A stretch of 64,000 nucleotides of DNA from Auanema rhodensis (taxonomy: Eukaryota; Animalia; Nematoda), in assembly GCA_964057225.1 (NCBI GenBank), contig CAXKVF010000080.1, positions 370,942-434,941 on the forward strand, written 5' to 3'. A program made the translations under genes and the position numbers. The number at the start of each line of letters is the position of its first letter. Position 1 is the first letter of the stretch. This document shows, one piece after another, positions 11,963 through 27,626 of this stretch. The notes under the pieces are model-generated. The model ran no database searches, was not told where the DNA came from, and was given only the letters and a program-made list of their open reading frames with translations.

Positions 11963-14900
11963 TTAGTCTAAAAACAAATTTTTATTGATTTTGGTTCATG
12001 GTAACCATGACTTTGAAATTTACGTGAACTTTAATTTATGCTAATTAAATGTACACGTGATGTGCACTTGGTATGTAACTCGCTTCACGTGAAAGATAAA
12101 GAGATGCGGTTTTCAAAATTAGATTCCCCATGTCCATATTAGTCTAAAAACAAATTTTTATTGATATTGGTTCATGGTAACCATGACTTTGAAATTTACG
12201 TGAACTTTAATTTATGCTAATTAAATGTACACGTGATGTGCACTTGGTATGTAACTCGCTTCACGTGAAAGATAAAGAGATGCGGTTTTCAAAATTAGAT
12301 TCCCCATGTCCATATTAGTCTAAAAACAAATTTTTATTGATATTGGTTCATGGTAACCATGACTTTGAAATTTACGTGAACTTTAATTTATGCTAATTAA
12401 ATGTACACGTGATGTGCACTTGGTATGTAACTCGCTTCACGTGAAAGATAAAGAGATGCGGTTTTCAAAATTAGATTCCCCATGTCCGTATTAGTCTCAA
12501 AACAAATTTTTATTGATATTGGTGCATGGTAACCATGACTTTGAAATTTACGTGAACTTTAATTTATGCTAATTAAATGTACACGTGATGTGCACTTGGT
12601 ATGTAACTCGCTTCACGTGAAAGATAAAGAGATGCGGTTTTCAAAATTAGATTCCCCATGTCCATATTAGTCTAAAAACAAATTTTTATTGATATTGGTG
12701 CATGGTAACCATGACTTTGAAATTTACGTGAACTTTAATTTATGCTAATTAAATGTACACGTGATGTGCACTTGGTATGTAACTCGCTTCACGTGAAAGA
12801 TAAAGAGATGCGGTTTTCAAAATTAGATTCCCCATGTCCATATTAGTCTAAAAACAAATTTTTATTGATATTGGTTCATGGTAACCATGACTTTGAAATT
12901 TACGTGAACTTTAATTTATGCTAATTAAATGTACACGTGATGTGCACTTGGTATGTAACTCGCTTCACGTGAAAGATAAAGAGATGCGGTTTTCAAAATT
13001 AGATTCCCCATGTCCATATTAGTCTAAAAACAAATTTTTATTGATATTGGTTCATGGTAACCATGACTTTGAAATTTACGTGAACTTTAATTAATGCTAA
13101 TTAAATGTACACGTGATGTGCACTTGGTATGTAACTCGCTTCACGTGAAAGATAAAAAGATGCGGTTTTCAAAATTAGATTCCCCATGTCCATATTAGTT
13201 TAAAAACAAATTTTTATTGATATTGGTGCATGGTAACCATGACTTTGAAATTTACGTGAACTTTAATTTATGCTAATTAAATGTACACGTGATGTGCACT
13301 TGGTATGTAACTCGCTTCACGTGAAAGATAAAGAGATGCGGTTTTCAAAATTAGATTCCCCATGTCCATATTAGTCTAAAAACAAATTTTTATTGATATT
13401 GGTTCATGGTAACCATGACTTTGAAATTTACGTGAACTTTAATTTATGCTAATTAAATGTACACGTGATGTGCACTTGGTATGTAACTCGCTTCACGTGA
13501 AAGATAAAGAGATGCGGTTTTCAAAATTAGATTCCCCATGTCCATATTAGTCTAAAAACAAATTTTTATTGATATTGGTTCATGGTAACCATGACTTTGA
13601 AATTTACGTGAACTTTAATTTATGCTAATTAAATGTACACGTGATGTGCACTTGGTATGTAACTCGCTTCACGTGAAAGATAAAGAGATGCGGTTTTCAA
13701 AATTAGATTCCCCATGTCCATATTAGTCTAAAAACAAATTTTTATTGATATTGGTGCATGGTAACCATGACTTTGAAATTTACGTGAACTTTAATTTATG
13801 CTAATTAAATGTACACGTGATGTGCACTTGGTATGTAACTCGCTTCACGTGAAAGATAAAGAGATGCGGTTTTCAAAATTAGATTCCCCATGTCCATATT
13901 AGTCTAAAAACAAATTTTTATTGATATTGGTTCATGGTAACCATGACTTTGAAATTTACGTGAACTTTAATTTATGCTAATTAAATGTACACGTGATGTG
14001 CACTTGGTATGTAACTCGCTTCACGTGAAAGATAAAGAGATGCGGTTTTCAAAATTAGATTCCCCATGTCCATATTAGTCTAAAAACAAATTTTTATTGA
14101 TATTGGTGCATGGTAACCATGACTTTGAAATTTACGTGAACTTTAATTTATGCTAATTAAATGTACACGTGATGTGCACTTGGTATGTAACTCGCTTCAC
14201 GTGAAAGATGAAGAGATGCGGTTTTCAAAATTAGATTCCCCATGTCCATATTAGTCTAAAAACAAATTTTTATTGATATTGGTTCATGGTAACCATGACT
14301 TTGAAATTTACGTGAGCTTTAATTTATGCTAATTAAATGTACACGTGATGTGCACTTGGTATGTAACTCGCTTCACGTGAAAGATAAAGAGATGCGGTTT
14401 TCAAAATTAGATTCCCCATGTCCATATTAGTCTAAAAACAAATTTTTATTGATATTGGTGCATGGTAACCATGACTTTGAAATTTACGTGAACTTTAATT
14501 TATGCTAATTAAATGTACACGTGATGTGCACTTGGTATGTAACTCGCTTCACGTGAAAGATAAAGAGATGCGGTTTTCAAAATTAGATTCCCCATGTCCA
14601 TATTAGTCTAAAAACAAATTTTTATTGATATTGGTGCATGGTAACCATGACTTTGAAATTTACGTGAACTTTAATTTATGCTAATTAAATGTACACGTGA
14701 TGTGCACTTGGTATGTAACTCGCTTCACGTGAAAGATAAAGAGATGCGGTTTTCAAAATTAGATTCCCCATGTCCATATTAGTCTAAAAACAAATTTTTA
14801 TTGATATTGGTTCATGGTAACCATGACTTTGAAATTTACGTGAACTTTAATTTATGCTAATTAAATGTACACGTGATGTGCACTTGGTATGTAACTCGCT

Positions 14901-17900
14901 TCACGTGAAAGATAAAGAGATGCGGTTTTCAAAATTAGATTCCCCATGTCCATATTAGTCTAAAAACAAATTTTTATTGATATTGGTTCATGGTAACCAT
15001 GACTTTGAAATTTACGTGAACTTTAATTTATGCTAATTAAATGTACACGTGATGTGCACTTGGTATGTAACTCGCTTCACGTGAAAGATAAAGAGATGTG
15101 GTTTTCAAAATTAGATTCCCCATGTCCATATTAGTCTAAAAACAAATTTTTATTGATATTGCTTCATGGTAACCATGACTTTGAAATTTACGTGAACTTT
15201 AATTTATGCTAATTAAATGTACACGTGATGTGCACTTGGTATGTAACTCGCTTCACGTGAAAGATAAAGAAATGCGGTTTTCAAAATTAGATTCCTCATG
15301 TCCATATTAGTCTAAAAACAAATTTTTATTGATATTGGTTCATGGTAACCATGACTTTGAAATTTACGTGAACTTTAATTTATGCTAATTAAATGTACAC
15401 GTGATGTGCACTTGGTATGTAACTCGCTTCACGTGAAAGATAAAGAGATGCGGTTTTCAAAATTAGATTCCCCATGTCCATATTAGTCTAAAAACAAATT
15501 TTTATTGATATTGCTTCATGGTAACCATGACTTTGAAATTTACGTGAACTTTAATTTATGCTAATTAAATGTACACGTGATGTGCACTTGGTATGTAACT
15601 CGCTTCACGTGAAAGATAAAGAGATGCGGTTTTCAAAATTAGATTCCCCATGTCCATATTAGTCTAAAAACAAATTTTTATTGATATTGCTTCATGGTAA
15701 CCATGACTTTGAAATTTACGTGAACTTTAATTTATGCTAATTAAATGTACACGTGATGTGCACTTGGTATGTAACTCGCTTCACGTGAAAGATAAAGAAA
15801 TGCGGTTTTCAAAATTAGATTCCTCATGTCCATATTAGTCTAAAAACAAATTTTTATTGATATTGGTTCATGGTAACCATGACTTTGAAATTTACGTGAA
15901 CTTTAATTTATGCTAATTAAATGTACACGTGATGTGCACTTGGTATGTAACTCGCTTCACGTGAAAGATAAAGAGATGCGGTTTTCAAAATTAGATTCCC
16001 CATGTCCATATTAGTCTAAAAACAAATTCTTATTGATATTGCTTCATGGTAACCATGACTTTGAAATTTACGTGAACTTTAATTTATGCTAATTAAATGT
16101 ACACGTGATGTGCACTTGGTATGTAACTCGCTTCACGTGAAAGATAAAGAGATGCGGTTTTCAAAATTAGATTCCCCATGTCCATATTAGTCTAAAAACA
16201 AATTTTTATTGATATTGGTGCATGGTAACCATGACTTTGAAATTTACGTGAACTTTAATTTATGCTAATTAAATGTACACGTGATGTGCACTTGGTATGT
16301 AACTCGCTTCACGTGAAAGATGAAGAGATGCGGTTTTCAAAATTAGATTCCCCATGTCCATATTAGTCTAAAAACAAATTTTTATTGATATTGGTTCATG
16401 GTAACCATGACTTTGAAATTTACGTGAACTTTAATTTATGCTAATTAAATGTACACGTGATGTGCACTTGGTATGTAACTCGCTTCACGTGAAAGATAAA
16501 GAGATGCGGTTTTCAAAATTAGATTCCCCATGTCCATATTAGTCTAAAAACAAATTTTTATTGATATTGCTTCATGGTAACCATGACTTTGAAATTTACG
16601 TGAACTTTAATTTATGCTAATTAAATGTACACGTGATGTGCACTTGGTATGTAACTCGCTTCACGTGAAAGATAAAGAGATTCGGTTTTCAAAATTAGAT
16701 TCCCCATGTCCATATTAGTCTAAAAACAAATTTTTATTGATATTGGTGCATGGTAACCATGACTTTGAAATTTACGTGAACTTTAATTTATGCTAATTAA
16801 ATGTACACGTGATGTGCACTTGGTATGTAACTCGCTTCACGTGAAAGATGAAGAGATGCGGTTTTCAAAATTAGATTCCCCATGTCCATATTAGTCTAAA
16901 AACAAATTTTTATTGATATTGGTTCATGGTAACCATGACTTTGAAATTTACGTGAACTTTAATTTATGCTAATTAAATGTACACGTGATGTGCACTTGGT
17001 ATGTAACTCGCTTCACGTGAAAGATAAAGAGATGCGGTTTTCAAAATTAGATTCCCCATGTCCATATTAGTCTAAAAACAAATTTTTATTGATATTGGTG
17101 CATGGTAACCATGACTTTGAAATTTACGTGAACTTTAATTTATGCTAATTAAATGTACACGTGATGTGCACTTGGTATGTAACTCGCTTCACGTGAAAGA
17201 TAAAGAGATGCGGTTTTCAAAATTAGATTCCCCATGTCCATATTAGTCTAAAAACAAATTTTTATTGATATTGGTTCATGGTAACCATGACTTTGAAATT
17301 TACGTGAACTTTAATTTATGCTAATTAAATGTACACGTGATGTGCACTTGGTATGTAACTCGCTTCACGTGAAAGATAAAGAGATGCGGTTTTCAAAATT
17401 AGATTCCCCATGTCCATATTAGTCTAAAAACAAATTTTTATTGATATTGCTTCATGGTAACCATGACTTTGAAATTTACGTGAACTTTAATTTATGCTAA
17501 TTAAATGTACACGTGATGTGCACTTGGTATGTAACTCGCTTCACGTGAAAGATAAAGAAATGCGGTTTTCAAAATTAGATTCCTCATGTCCATATTAGTC
17601 TAAAAACAAATTTTTATTGATATTGGTTCATGGTAACCATGACTTTGAAATTTACGTGAACTTTAATTTATGCTAATTAAATGTACACGTGATGTGCACT
17701 TGGTATGTAACTCGCTTCACGTGAAAGATAAAGAGATGCGGTTTTCAAAATTAGATTCCCCATGTCCATATTAGTCTAAAAACAAATTCTTATTGATATT
17801 GCTTCATGGTAACCATGACTTTGAAATTTACGTGAACTTTAATTTATGCTAATTAAATGTACACGTGATGTGCACTTGGTATGTAACTCGCTTCACGTGA

Positions 17901-18650
17901 AAGATAAAGAGATGCGGTTTTCAAAATTAGATTCCCCATGTCCATATTAGTCTAAAAACAAATTTTTATTGATATTGCTTCATGGTAACCATGACTTTGA
18001 AATTTACGTGAACTTTAATTTATGCTAATTAAATGTACACGTGATGTGCACTTGGTATGTAACTCGCTTCACGTGAAAGATAAAGAGATGCGGTTTTCAA
18101 AATTAGATTCCCCATGTCCATATTAGTCTAAAAACAAATTTTTATTGATATTGCTTCATGGTAACCATGACTTTGAAATTTACGTGAACTTTAATTTATG
18201 CTAATTAAATGTACACGTGATGTGCACTTGGTATGTAACTCGCTTCACGTGAAAGATAAAGAAATGCGGTTTTCAAAATTAGATTCCTCATGTCCATATT
18301 AGTCTAAAAACAAATTTTTATTGATATTGGTTCATGGTAACCATGACTTTGAAATTTACGTGAACTTTAATTTATGCTTATTAAATGTACACGTGATGTG
18401 CACTTGGTATGTAACTCGCTTCACGTGAAAGATAAAGAGATGCGGTTTTCAAAATTAGATTCCCCATGTCCATATTAGTCTAAAAACAAATTCTTATTGA
18501 TATTGCTTCATGGTAACCATGACTTTGAAATTTACGTGAACTTTAATTTATGCTAATTAAATGTACACGTGATGTGCACTTGGTATGTAACTCGCTTCAC
18601 GTGAAAGATAAAGAGATGCGGTTTTCAAAATTAGATTCCCCATGTCCATA

Positions 18651-21600
18651 TTAGTCTAAAAACAAATTTTTATTGATATTGCTTCATGGTAACCATGACT
18701 TTGAAATTTACGTGAACTTTAATTTATGCTAATTAAATGTACACGTGATGTGCACTTGGTATGTAACTCGCTTCACGTGAAAGATAAAGAGATTCGGTTT
18801 TCAAAATTAGATTCCCCATGTCCATATTAGTCTAAAAACAAATTTTTATTGATATTGGTGCATGGTAACCATGACTTTGAAATTTACGTGAACTTTAATT
18901 TATGCTAATTAAATGTACACGTGATGTGCACTTGGTATGTAACTCGCTTCACGTGAAAGATGAAGAGATGCGGTTTTCAAAATTAGATTCCCCATGTCCA
19001 TATTAGTCTAAAAACAAATTTTTATTGATATTGGTTCATGGTAACCATGACTTTGAAATTTACGTGAACTTTAATTTATGCTAATTAAATGTACACGTGA
19101 TGTGCACTTGGTATGTAACTCGCTTCACGTGAAAGATAAAGAGATGCGGTTTTCAAAATTAGATTCCCCATGTCCATATTAGTCTAAAAACAAATTTTTA
19201 TTGATATTGGTGCATGGTAACCATGACTTTGAAATTTACGTGAACTTTAATTTATGCTAATTAAATGTACACGTGATGTGCACTTGGTATGTAACTCGCT
19301 TCACGTGAAAGATAAAGAGATGCGGTTTTCAAAATTAGATTCCCCATGTCCATATTAGTCTAAAAACAAATTTTTATTGATATTGGTTCATGGTAACCAT
19401 GACTTTGAAATTTACGTGAACTTTAATTTATGCTAATTAAATGTACACGTGATGTGCACTTGGTATGTAACTCGCTTCACGTGAAAGATGAAGAGATGCG
19501 GTTTTCAAAATTAGATTCCCCATGTCCATATTAGTCTAAAAACAAATTTTTATTGATATTGGTTCATGGTAACCATGACTTTGAAATTTACGTGAACTTT
19601 AATTTATGCTAATTAAATGTACACGTGATGTGCACTTGGTATGTAACTCGCTTCACGTGAAAGATAAAGAGATGCGGTTTTCAAAATTAGATTCCCCATG
19701 TCCATATTAGTCTAAAAACAAATTTTTATTGATATTGGTGCATGGTAACCATGACTTTGAAATTTACGTGAACTTTAATTTATGCTAATTAAATGTACAC
19801 GTGATGTGCACTTGGTATGTAACTCGCTTCACGTGAAAGATAAAGAGATGCGGTTTTCAAAATTAGATTCCCCATGTCCATATTAGTCTAAAAACAAATT
19901 TTTATTGATATTGGTTCATGGTAACCATGACTTTGAAATTTACGTGAACTTTAATTTATGCTAATTAAATGTACACGTGATGTGCACTTGGTATGTAACT
20001 CGCTTCACGTGAAAGATAAAGAGATGCGGTTTTCAAAATTAGATTCCCCATGTCCATATTAGTCTAAAAACAAATTTTTATTGATATTGGTTCATGGTAA
20101 CCATTACTTTGAAATTTACGTGAACTTTAATTTATGCTTATTAAATGTACACGTGATGTGCACTTGGTATGTAACTCGCTTCACGTGAAAGATAAAGAGA
20201 TTCGGTTTTCAAAATTAGATTCCCCATGTCCATATTAGTCTAAAAACAAATTTTTATTGATATTGGTGCATGGTAACCATGACTTTGAAATTTACGTGAA
20301 CTTTAATTTATGCTAATTAAATGTACACGTGATGTGCACTTGGTATGTAACTCGCTTCACGTGAAAGATGAAGAGATGCGGTTTTCAAAATTAGATTCCC
20401 CATGTCCATATTAGTCTAAAAACAAATTTTTATTGATATTGGTTCATGGTAACCATGACTTTGAAATTTACGTGAACTTTAATTTATGCTAATTAAATGT
20501 ACACGTGATGTGCACTTGGTATGTAACTCGCTTCACGTGAAAGATAAAGAGATGCGGTTTTCAAAATTAGATTCCCCATGTCCATATTAGTCTAAAAACA
20601 AATTTTTATTGATATTGGTGCATGGTAACCATGACTTTGAAATTTACGTGAACTTTAATTTATGCTAATTAAATGTACACGTGATGTGCACTTGGTATGT
20701 AACTCGCTTCACGTGAAAGATAAAGAGATGCGGTTTTCAAAATTAGATTCCCCATGTCCATATTAGTCTAAAAACAAATTTTTATTGATATTGGTTCATG
20801 GTAACCATGACTTTGAAATTTACGTGAACTTTAATTTATGCTAATTAAATGTACACGTGATGTGCACTTGGTATGTAACTCGCTTCACGTGAAAGATGAA
20901 GAGATGCGGTTTTCAAAATTAGATTCCCCATGTCCATATTAGTCTAAAAACAAATTTTTATTGATATTGGTTCATGGTAACCATGACTTTGAAATTTACG
21001 TGAACTTTAATTTATGCTAATTAAATGTACACGTGATGTGCACTTGGTATGTAACTCGCTTCACGTGAAAGATAAAGAGATGCGGTTTTCAAAATTAGAT
21101 TCCCCATGTCCATATTAGTCTAAAAACAAATTTTTATTGATATTGGTGCATGGTAACCATGACTTTGAAATTTACGTGAACTTTAATTTATGCTAATTAA
21201 ATGTACACGTGATGTGCACTTGGTATGTAACTCGCTTCACGTGAAAGATAAAGAGATGCGGTTTTCAAAATTAGATTCCCCATGTCCATATTAGTCTAAA
21301 AACAAATTTTTATTGATATTGGTTCATGGTAACCATGACTTTGAAATTTACGTGAACTTTAATTTATGCTAATTAAATGTACACGTGATGTGCACTTGGT
21401 ATGTAACTCGCTTCACGTGAAAGATAAAGAGATGCGGTTTTCAAAATTAGATTCCCCATGTCCATATTAGTCTAAAAACAAATTTTTATTGATATTGGTT
21501 CATGGTAACCATTACTTTGAAATTTACGTGAACTTTAATTTATGCTTATTAAATGTACACGTGATGTGCACTTGGTATGTAACTCGCTTCACGTGAAAGA

Positions 21601-22874
21601 TAAAGAGATTCGGTTTTCAAAATTAGATTCCCCATGTCCATATTAGTCTAAAAACAAATTTTTATTGATATTGGTGCATGGTAACCATGACTTTGAAATT
21701 TACGTGAACTTTAATTTATGCTAATTAAATGTACACGTGATGTGCACTTGGTATGTAACTCGCTTCACGTGAAAGATGAAGAGATGCGGTTTTCAAAATT
21801 AGATTCCCCATGTCCATATTAGTCTAAAAACAAATTTTTATTGATATTGGTTCATGGTAACCATGACTTTGAAATTTACGTGAACTTTAATTTATGCTAA
21901 TTAAATGTACACGTGATGTGCACTTGGTATGTAACTCGCTTCACGTGAAAGATAAAGAGATGCGGTTTTCAAAATTAGATTCCCCATGTCCATATTAGTC
22001 TAAAAACAAATTTTTATTGATATTGGTGCATGGTAACCATGACTTTGAAATTTACGTGAACTTTAATTTATGCTAATTAAATGTACACGTGATGTGCACT
22101 TGGTATGTAACTCGCTTCACGTGAAAGATAAAGAGATGCGGTTTTCAAAATTAGATTCCCCATGTCCATATTAGTCTAAAAACAAATTTTTATTGATATT
22201 GGTTCATGGTAACCATGACTTTGAAATTTACGTGAACTTTAATTTATGCTAATTAAATGTACACGTGATGTGCACTTGGTATGTAACTCGCTTCACGTGA
22301 AAGATGAAGAGATGCGGTTTTCAAAATTAGATTCCCCATGTCCATATTAGTCTAAAAACAAATTTTTATTGATATTGGTTCATGGTAACCATGACTTTGA
22401 AATTTACGTGAACTTTAATTTATGCTAATTAAATGTACACGTGATGTGCACTTGGTATGTAACTCGCTTCACGTGAAAGATAAAGAGATGCGGTTTTCAA
22501 AATTAGATTCCCCATGTCCATATTAGTCAAAAAACAAATTTTTATTGATATTGGTGCATGGTAACCATGACTTTGAAATTTACGTGAACTTTAATTTATG
22601 CTAATTAAATGTACACGTGATGTGCACTTGGTATGTAACTCGCTTCACGTGAAAGATAAAGAGATGCGGTTTTCAAAATTAGATTCCCCATGTCCATATT
22701 AGTCTAAAAACAAATTTTTATTGATATTGGTTCATGGTAACCATGACTTTGAAATTTACGTGAACTTTAATTTATGCTAATTAAATGTACACGTGATGTG
22801 CACTTGGTATGTAACTCGCTTCACGTGAAAGATAAAGAGATGCGGTTTTCAAAATTAGATTCCCCATGTCCATA
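18651..22874 (+). repeat. 8-monomer HOR (1408 bp) x3
   Basis: G144T (GATTCGG) at 18794, 20202, 21610. A136G pairs repeat at +1408. G47T plus GCTTATT occur in the monomers starting 20059 and 21467. Confidence 0.88.
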
Positions 22875-25800
22875 TTAGTCTAAAAACAAATTTTTATTGA
22901 TATTGGTTCATGGTAACCATGACTTTGAAATTTACGTGAACTTTAATTTATGCTAATTAAATGTACACGTGATGTGCACTTGGTATGTAACTCGCTTCAC
23001 GTGAAAGATAAAGAGATGTGGTTTTCAAAATTAGATTCCCCATGTCCATATTAGTCTAAAAACAAATTTTTATTGATATTGCTTCATGGTAACCATGACT
23101 TTGAAATTTACGTGAACTTTAATTTATGCTAATTAAATGTACACGTGATGTGCACTTGGTATGTAACTCGCTTCACGTGAAAGATAAAGAAATGCGGTTT
23201 TCAAAATTAGATTCCTCATGTCCATATTAGTCTAAAAACAAATTTTTATTGATATTGGTTCATGGTAACCATGACTTTGAAATTTACGTGAACTTTAATT
23301 TATGCTAATTAAATGTACACGTGATGTGCACTTGGTATGTAACTCGCTTCACGTGAAAGATAAAGAGATGCGGTTTTCAAAATTAGATTCCCCATGTCCA
23401 TATTAGTCTAAAAACAAATTTTTATTGATATTGCTTCATGGTAACCATGACTTTGAAATTTACGTGAACTTTAATTTATGCTAATTAAATGTACACGTGA
23501 TGTGCACTTGGTATGTAACTCGCTTCACGTGAAAGATAAAGAGATGCGGTTTTCAAAATTAGATTCCCCATGTCCATATTAGTCTAAAAACAAATTTTTA
23601 TTGATATTGCTTCATGGTAACCATGACTTTGAAATTTACGTGAACTTTAATTTATGCTAATTAAATGTACACGTGATGTGCACTTGGTATGTAACTCGCT
23701 TCACGTGAAAGATAAAGAAATGCGGTTTTCAAAATTAGATTCCTCATGTCCATATTAGTCTAAAAACAAATTTTTATTGATATTGGTTCATGGTAACCAT
23801 GACTTTGAAATTTACGTGAACTTTAATTTATGCTTATTAAATGTACACGTGATGTGCACTTGGTATGTAACTCGCTTCACGTGAAAGATAAAGAGATGCG
23901 GTTTTCAAAATTAGATTCCCCATGTCCATATTAGTCTAAAAACAAATTCTTATTGATATTGCTTCATGGTAACCATGACTTTGAAATTTACGTGAACTTT
24001 AATTTATGCTAATTAAATGTACACGTGATGTGCACTTGGTATGTAACTCGCTTCACGTGAAAGATAAAGAGATGCGGTTTTCAAAATTAGATTCCCCATG
24101 TCCATATTAGTCTAAAAACAAATTTTTATTGATATTGCTTCATGGTAACCATGACTTTGAAATTTACGTGAACTTTAATTTATGCTAATTAAATGTACAC
24201 GTGATGTGCACTTGGTATGTAACTCGCTTCACGTGAAAGATAAAGAGATTCGGTTTTCAAAATTAGATTCCCCATGTCCATATTAGTCTAAAAACAAATT
24301 TTTATTGATATTGGTGCATGGTAACCATGACTTTGAAATTTACGTGAACTTTAATTTATGCTAATTAAATGTACACGTGATGTGCACTTGGTATGTAACT
24401 CGCTTCACGTGAAAGATGAAGAGATGCGGTTTTCAAAATTAGATTCCCCATGTCCATATTAGTCTAAAAACAAATTTTTATTGATATTGGTTCATGGTAA
24501 CCATGACTTTGAAATTTACGTGAACTTTAATTTATGCTAATTAAATGTACACGTGATGTGCACTTGGTATGTAACTCGCTTCACGTGAAAGATAAAGAGA
24601 TGCGGTTTTCAAAAGTAGATTCCCCATGTCCATATTAGTCTAAAAACAAATTTTTATTGATATTGGTGCATGGTAACCATGACTTTGAAATTTACGTGAA
24701 CTTTAATTTATGCTAATTAAATGTACACGTGATGTGCACTTGGTATGTAACTCGCTTCACGTGAAAGATAAAGAGATGCGGTTTTCAAAATTAGATTCCC
24801 CATGTCCATATTAGTCTAAAAACGAATTTTTATTGATATTGGTGCATGGTAACCATGACTTTGAAATTTACGTGAACTTTAATTTATGCTAATTAAATGT
24901 ACACGTGATGTGCACTCGGTATGTAACTCGCTTCACGTGAAAGATAAAGAGATGCGGTTTTCAAAATTAGATTCCCCATGTCCATATTAGTCTAAAAACA
25001 AATTTTTATTGATATTGGTTCATGGTAACCATGACTTTGAAATTTACGTGAACTTTAATTTATGCTAATTAAATGTACACGTGATGTGCACTTGGTATGT
25101 AACTCGCTTCACGTGAAAGATAAAGAGATGCGGTTTTCAAAATTAGATTCCCCATGTCCATATTAGTCTAAAAACAAATTTTTATTGATATTGGTGCATG
25201 GTAACCATGACTTTGAAATTTACGTGAACTTTAATTTATGCTAATTAAATGTACACGTGATGTGCACTTGGTATGTAACTCGCTTCACGTGAAAGATAAA
25301 GAGATGCGGTTCTCAAAATTAGATTCCCCATGTCCATATTAGTCTAAAAACAAATTTTTATTGATATTGGTGCATGGTAACCATGACTTTGAAATTTACG
25401 TGAACTTTAATTTATGCTAATTAAATGTACACGTGATGTGCACTTGGTATGTAACTCGCTTCACGTGAAAGATAAAGAAATGCGGTTTCCAAAATTAGAT
25501 TCCCCATGTCCATATTAGTCTAAAAACAAATTTTTATTGATATTGGTTCATGGTAACCATGACTTTGAAATTTACGTGAACTTTAATTTATGCTAATTAA
25601 ATGTACACGTGATGTGCACTTGGTATGTAACTCGCTTCACGTGAAAGATAAAGAGATGCGGTTTTCAAAATTAGATTCCCCATGTCCATATTAGTCTAAA
25701 AACAAATTTTTATTGATATTGGTTCATGGTAACCATGACTTTGAAATTTACGTGAACTTTAATTAATGCTAATTAAATGTACACGTGATGTGCACTTGGT

Positions 25801-27626
25801 ATGTAACTCGCTTCACGTGAAAGATAAAGAGATGCGGTTTTCAAAATTAGATTCCCCATGTCCATATTAGTCTAAAAACAAATTTTTATTGATATTGCTT
25901 CATGGTAACCATGACTTTGAAATTTACGTGAACTTTAATTTATGCTAATTAAATGTACACGTGATGTGCACTTGGTATGTAACTCGCTTCACGTGAAAGA
26001 TAAAGAGATGCGGTTTTCAAAATTAGATTCCCCATGTCCATATTAGTCTAAAAACAAATTTTTATTGATATTGCTTCATGGTAACCATGACTTTGAAATT
26101 TACGTGAACTTTAATTTATGCTAATTAAATGTACACGTGATGTGCACTTGGTATGTAACTCGCTTCACGTGAAAGATAAAGAGATGCGGTTTTCAAAATT
26201 AGATTCCCCATGTCCATATTAGTCTAAAAACAAATTTTTATTGATATTGGTGCATGGTAACCATGACTTTGAAATTTACGTGAACTTTAATTTATGCTAA
26301 TTAAATGTACACGTGATGTGCACTTGGTATGTAACTCGCTTCACGTGAAAGATAAAGAGATGCGGTTTTCAAAATTAGATTCCCCATGTCCATATTAGTC
26401 TGAAAACAAATTTTTATTGATATTGGTTCATGGTAACCATGACTTTGAAATTTACGTGAACTTTAATTTATGCTAATTAAATGTACACGTGATGTGCACT
26501 TGGTATGTAACTCGCTTCACGTGAAAGATAAAGAGATGCGGTTTTCAAAATTAGATTCCCCATGTCCATATTAGTCTAAAAACAAATTTTTATTGATATT
26601 GGTTCATGGTAACCATGACTTTGAAATTTACGTGAACTTTAATTAATGCTAATTAAATGTACACGTGATGTGCACTTGGTATGTAACTCGCTTCACGTGA
26701 AAGATAAAGAGATGCGGTTTTCAAAATTAGATTCCCCATGTCCATATTAGTCTAAAAACAAATTTTTATTGATATTGCTTCATGGTAACCATGACTTTGA
26801 AATTTACGTGAACTTTAATTTATGCTAATTAAATGTACACGTGATGTGCACTTGGTATGTAACTCGCTTCACGTGAAAGATAAAGAGATGCGGTTTTCAA
26901 AATTAGATTCCCCATGTCCATATTAGTCTAAAAACAAATTTTTATTGATATTGGTGCATGGTAACCATGACTTTGAAATTTACGTGAACTTTAATTTATG
27001 CTAATTAAATGTACACGTGATGTGCACTTGGTATGTAACTCGCTTCACGTGAAAGATAAAGAGATGCGGTTTTCAAAATTAGATTCCCCATGTCCATATT
27101 AGTCTGAAAACAAATTTTTATTGATATTGGTTCATGGTAACCATGACTTTGAAATTTACGTGAACTTTAATTTATGCTAATTAAATGTACACGTGATGTG
27201 CACTTGGTATGTAACTCGCTTCACGTGAAAGATAAAGAAATGCGGTTTCCAAAATTAGATTCCCCATGTCCATATTAGTCTAAAAACAAATTTTTATTGA
27301 TATTGGTTCATGGTAACCATGACTTTGAAATTTACGTGAACTTTAATTAATGCTAATTAAATGTACACGTGATGTGCACTTGGTATGTAACTCGCTTCAC
27401 GTGAAAGATAAAGAGATGCGGTTTTCAAAATTAGATTCCCCATGTCCATATTAGTCTAAAAACAAATTTTTATTGATATTGCTTCATGGTAACCATGACT
27501 TTGAAATTTACGTGAACTTTAATTTATGCTAATTAAATGTACACGTGATGTGCACTTGGTATGTAACTCGCTTCACGTGAAAGATAAAGAGATGCGGTTT
27601 TCAAAATTAGATTCCCCATGTCCATA

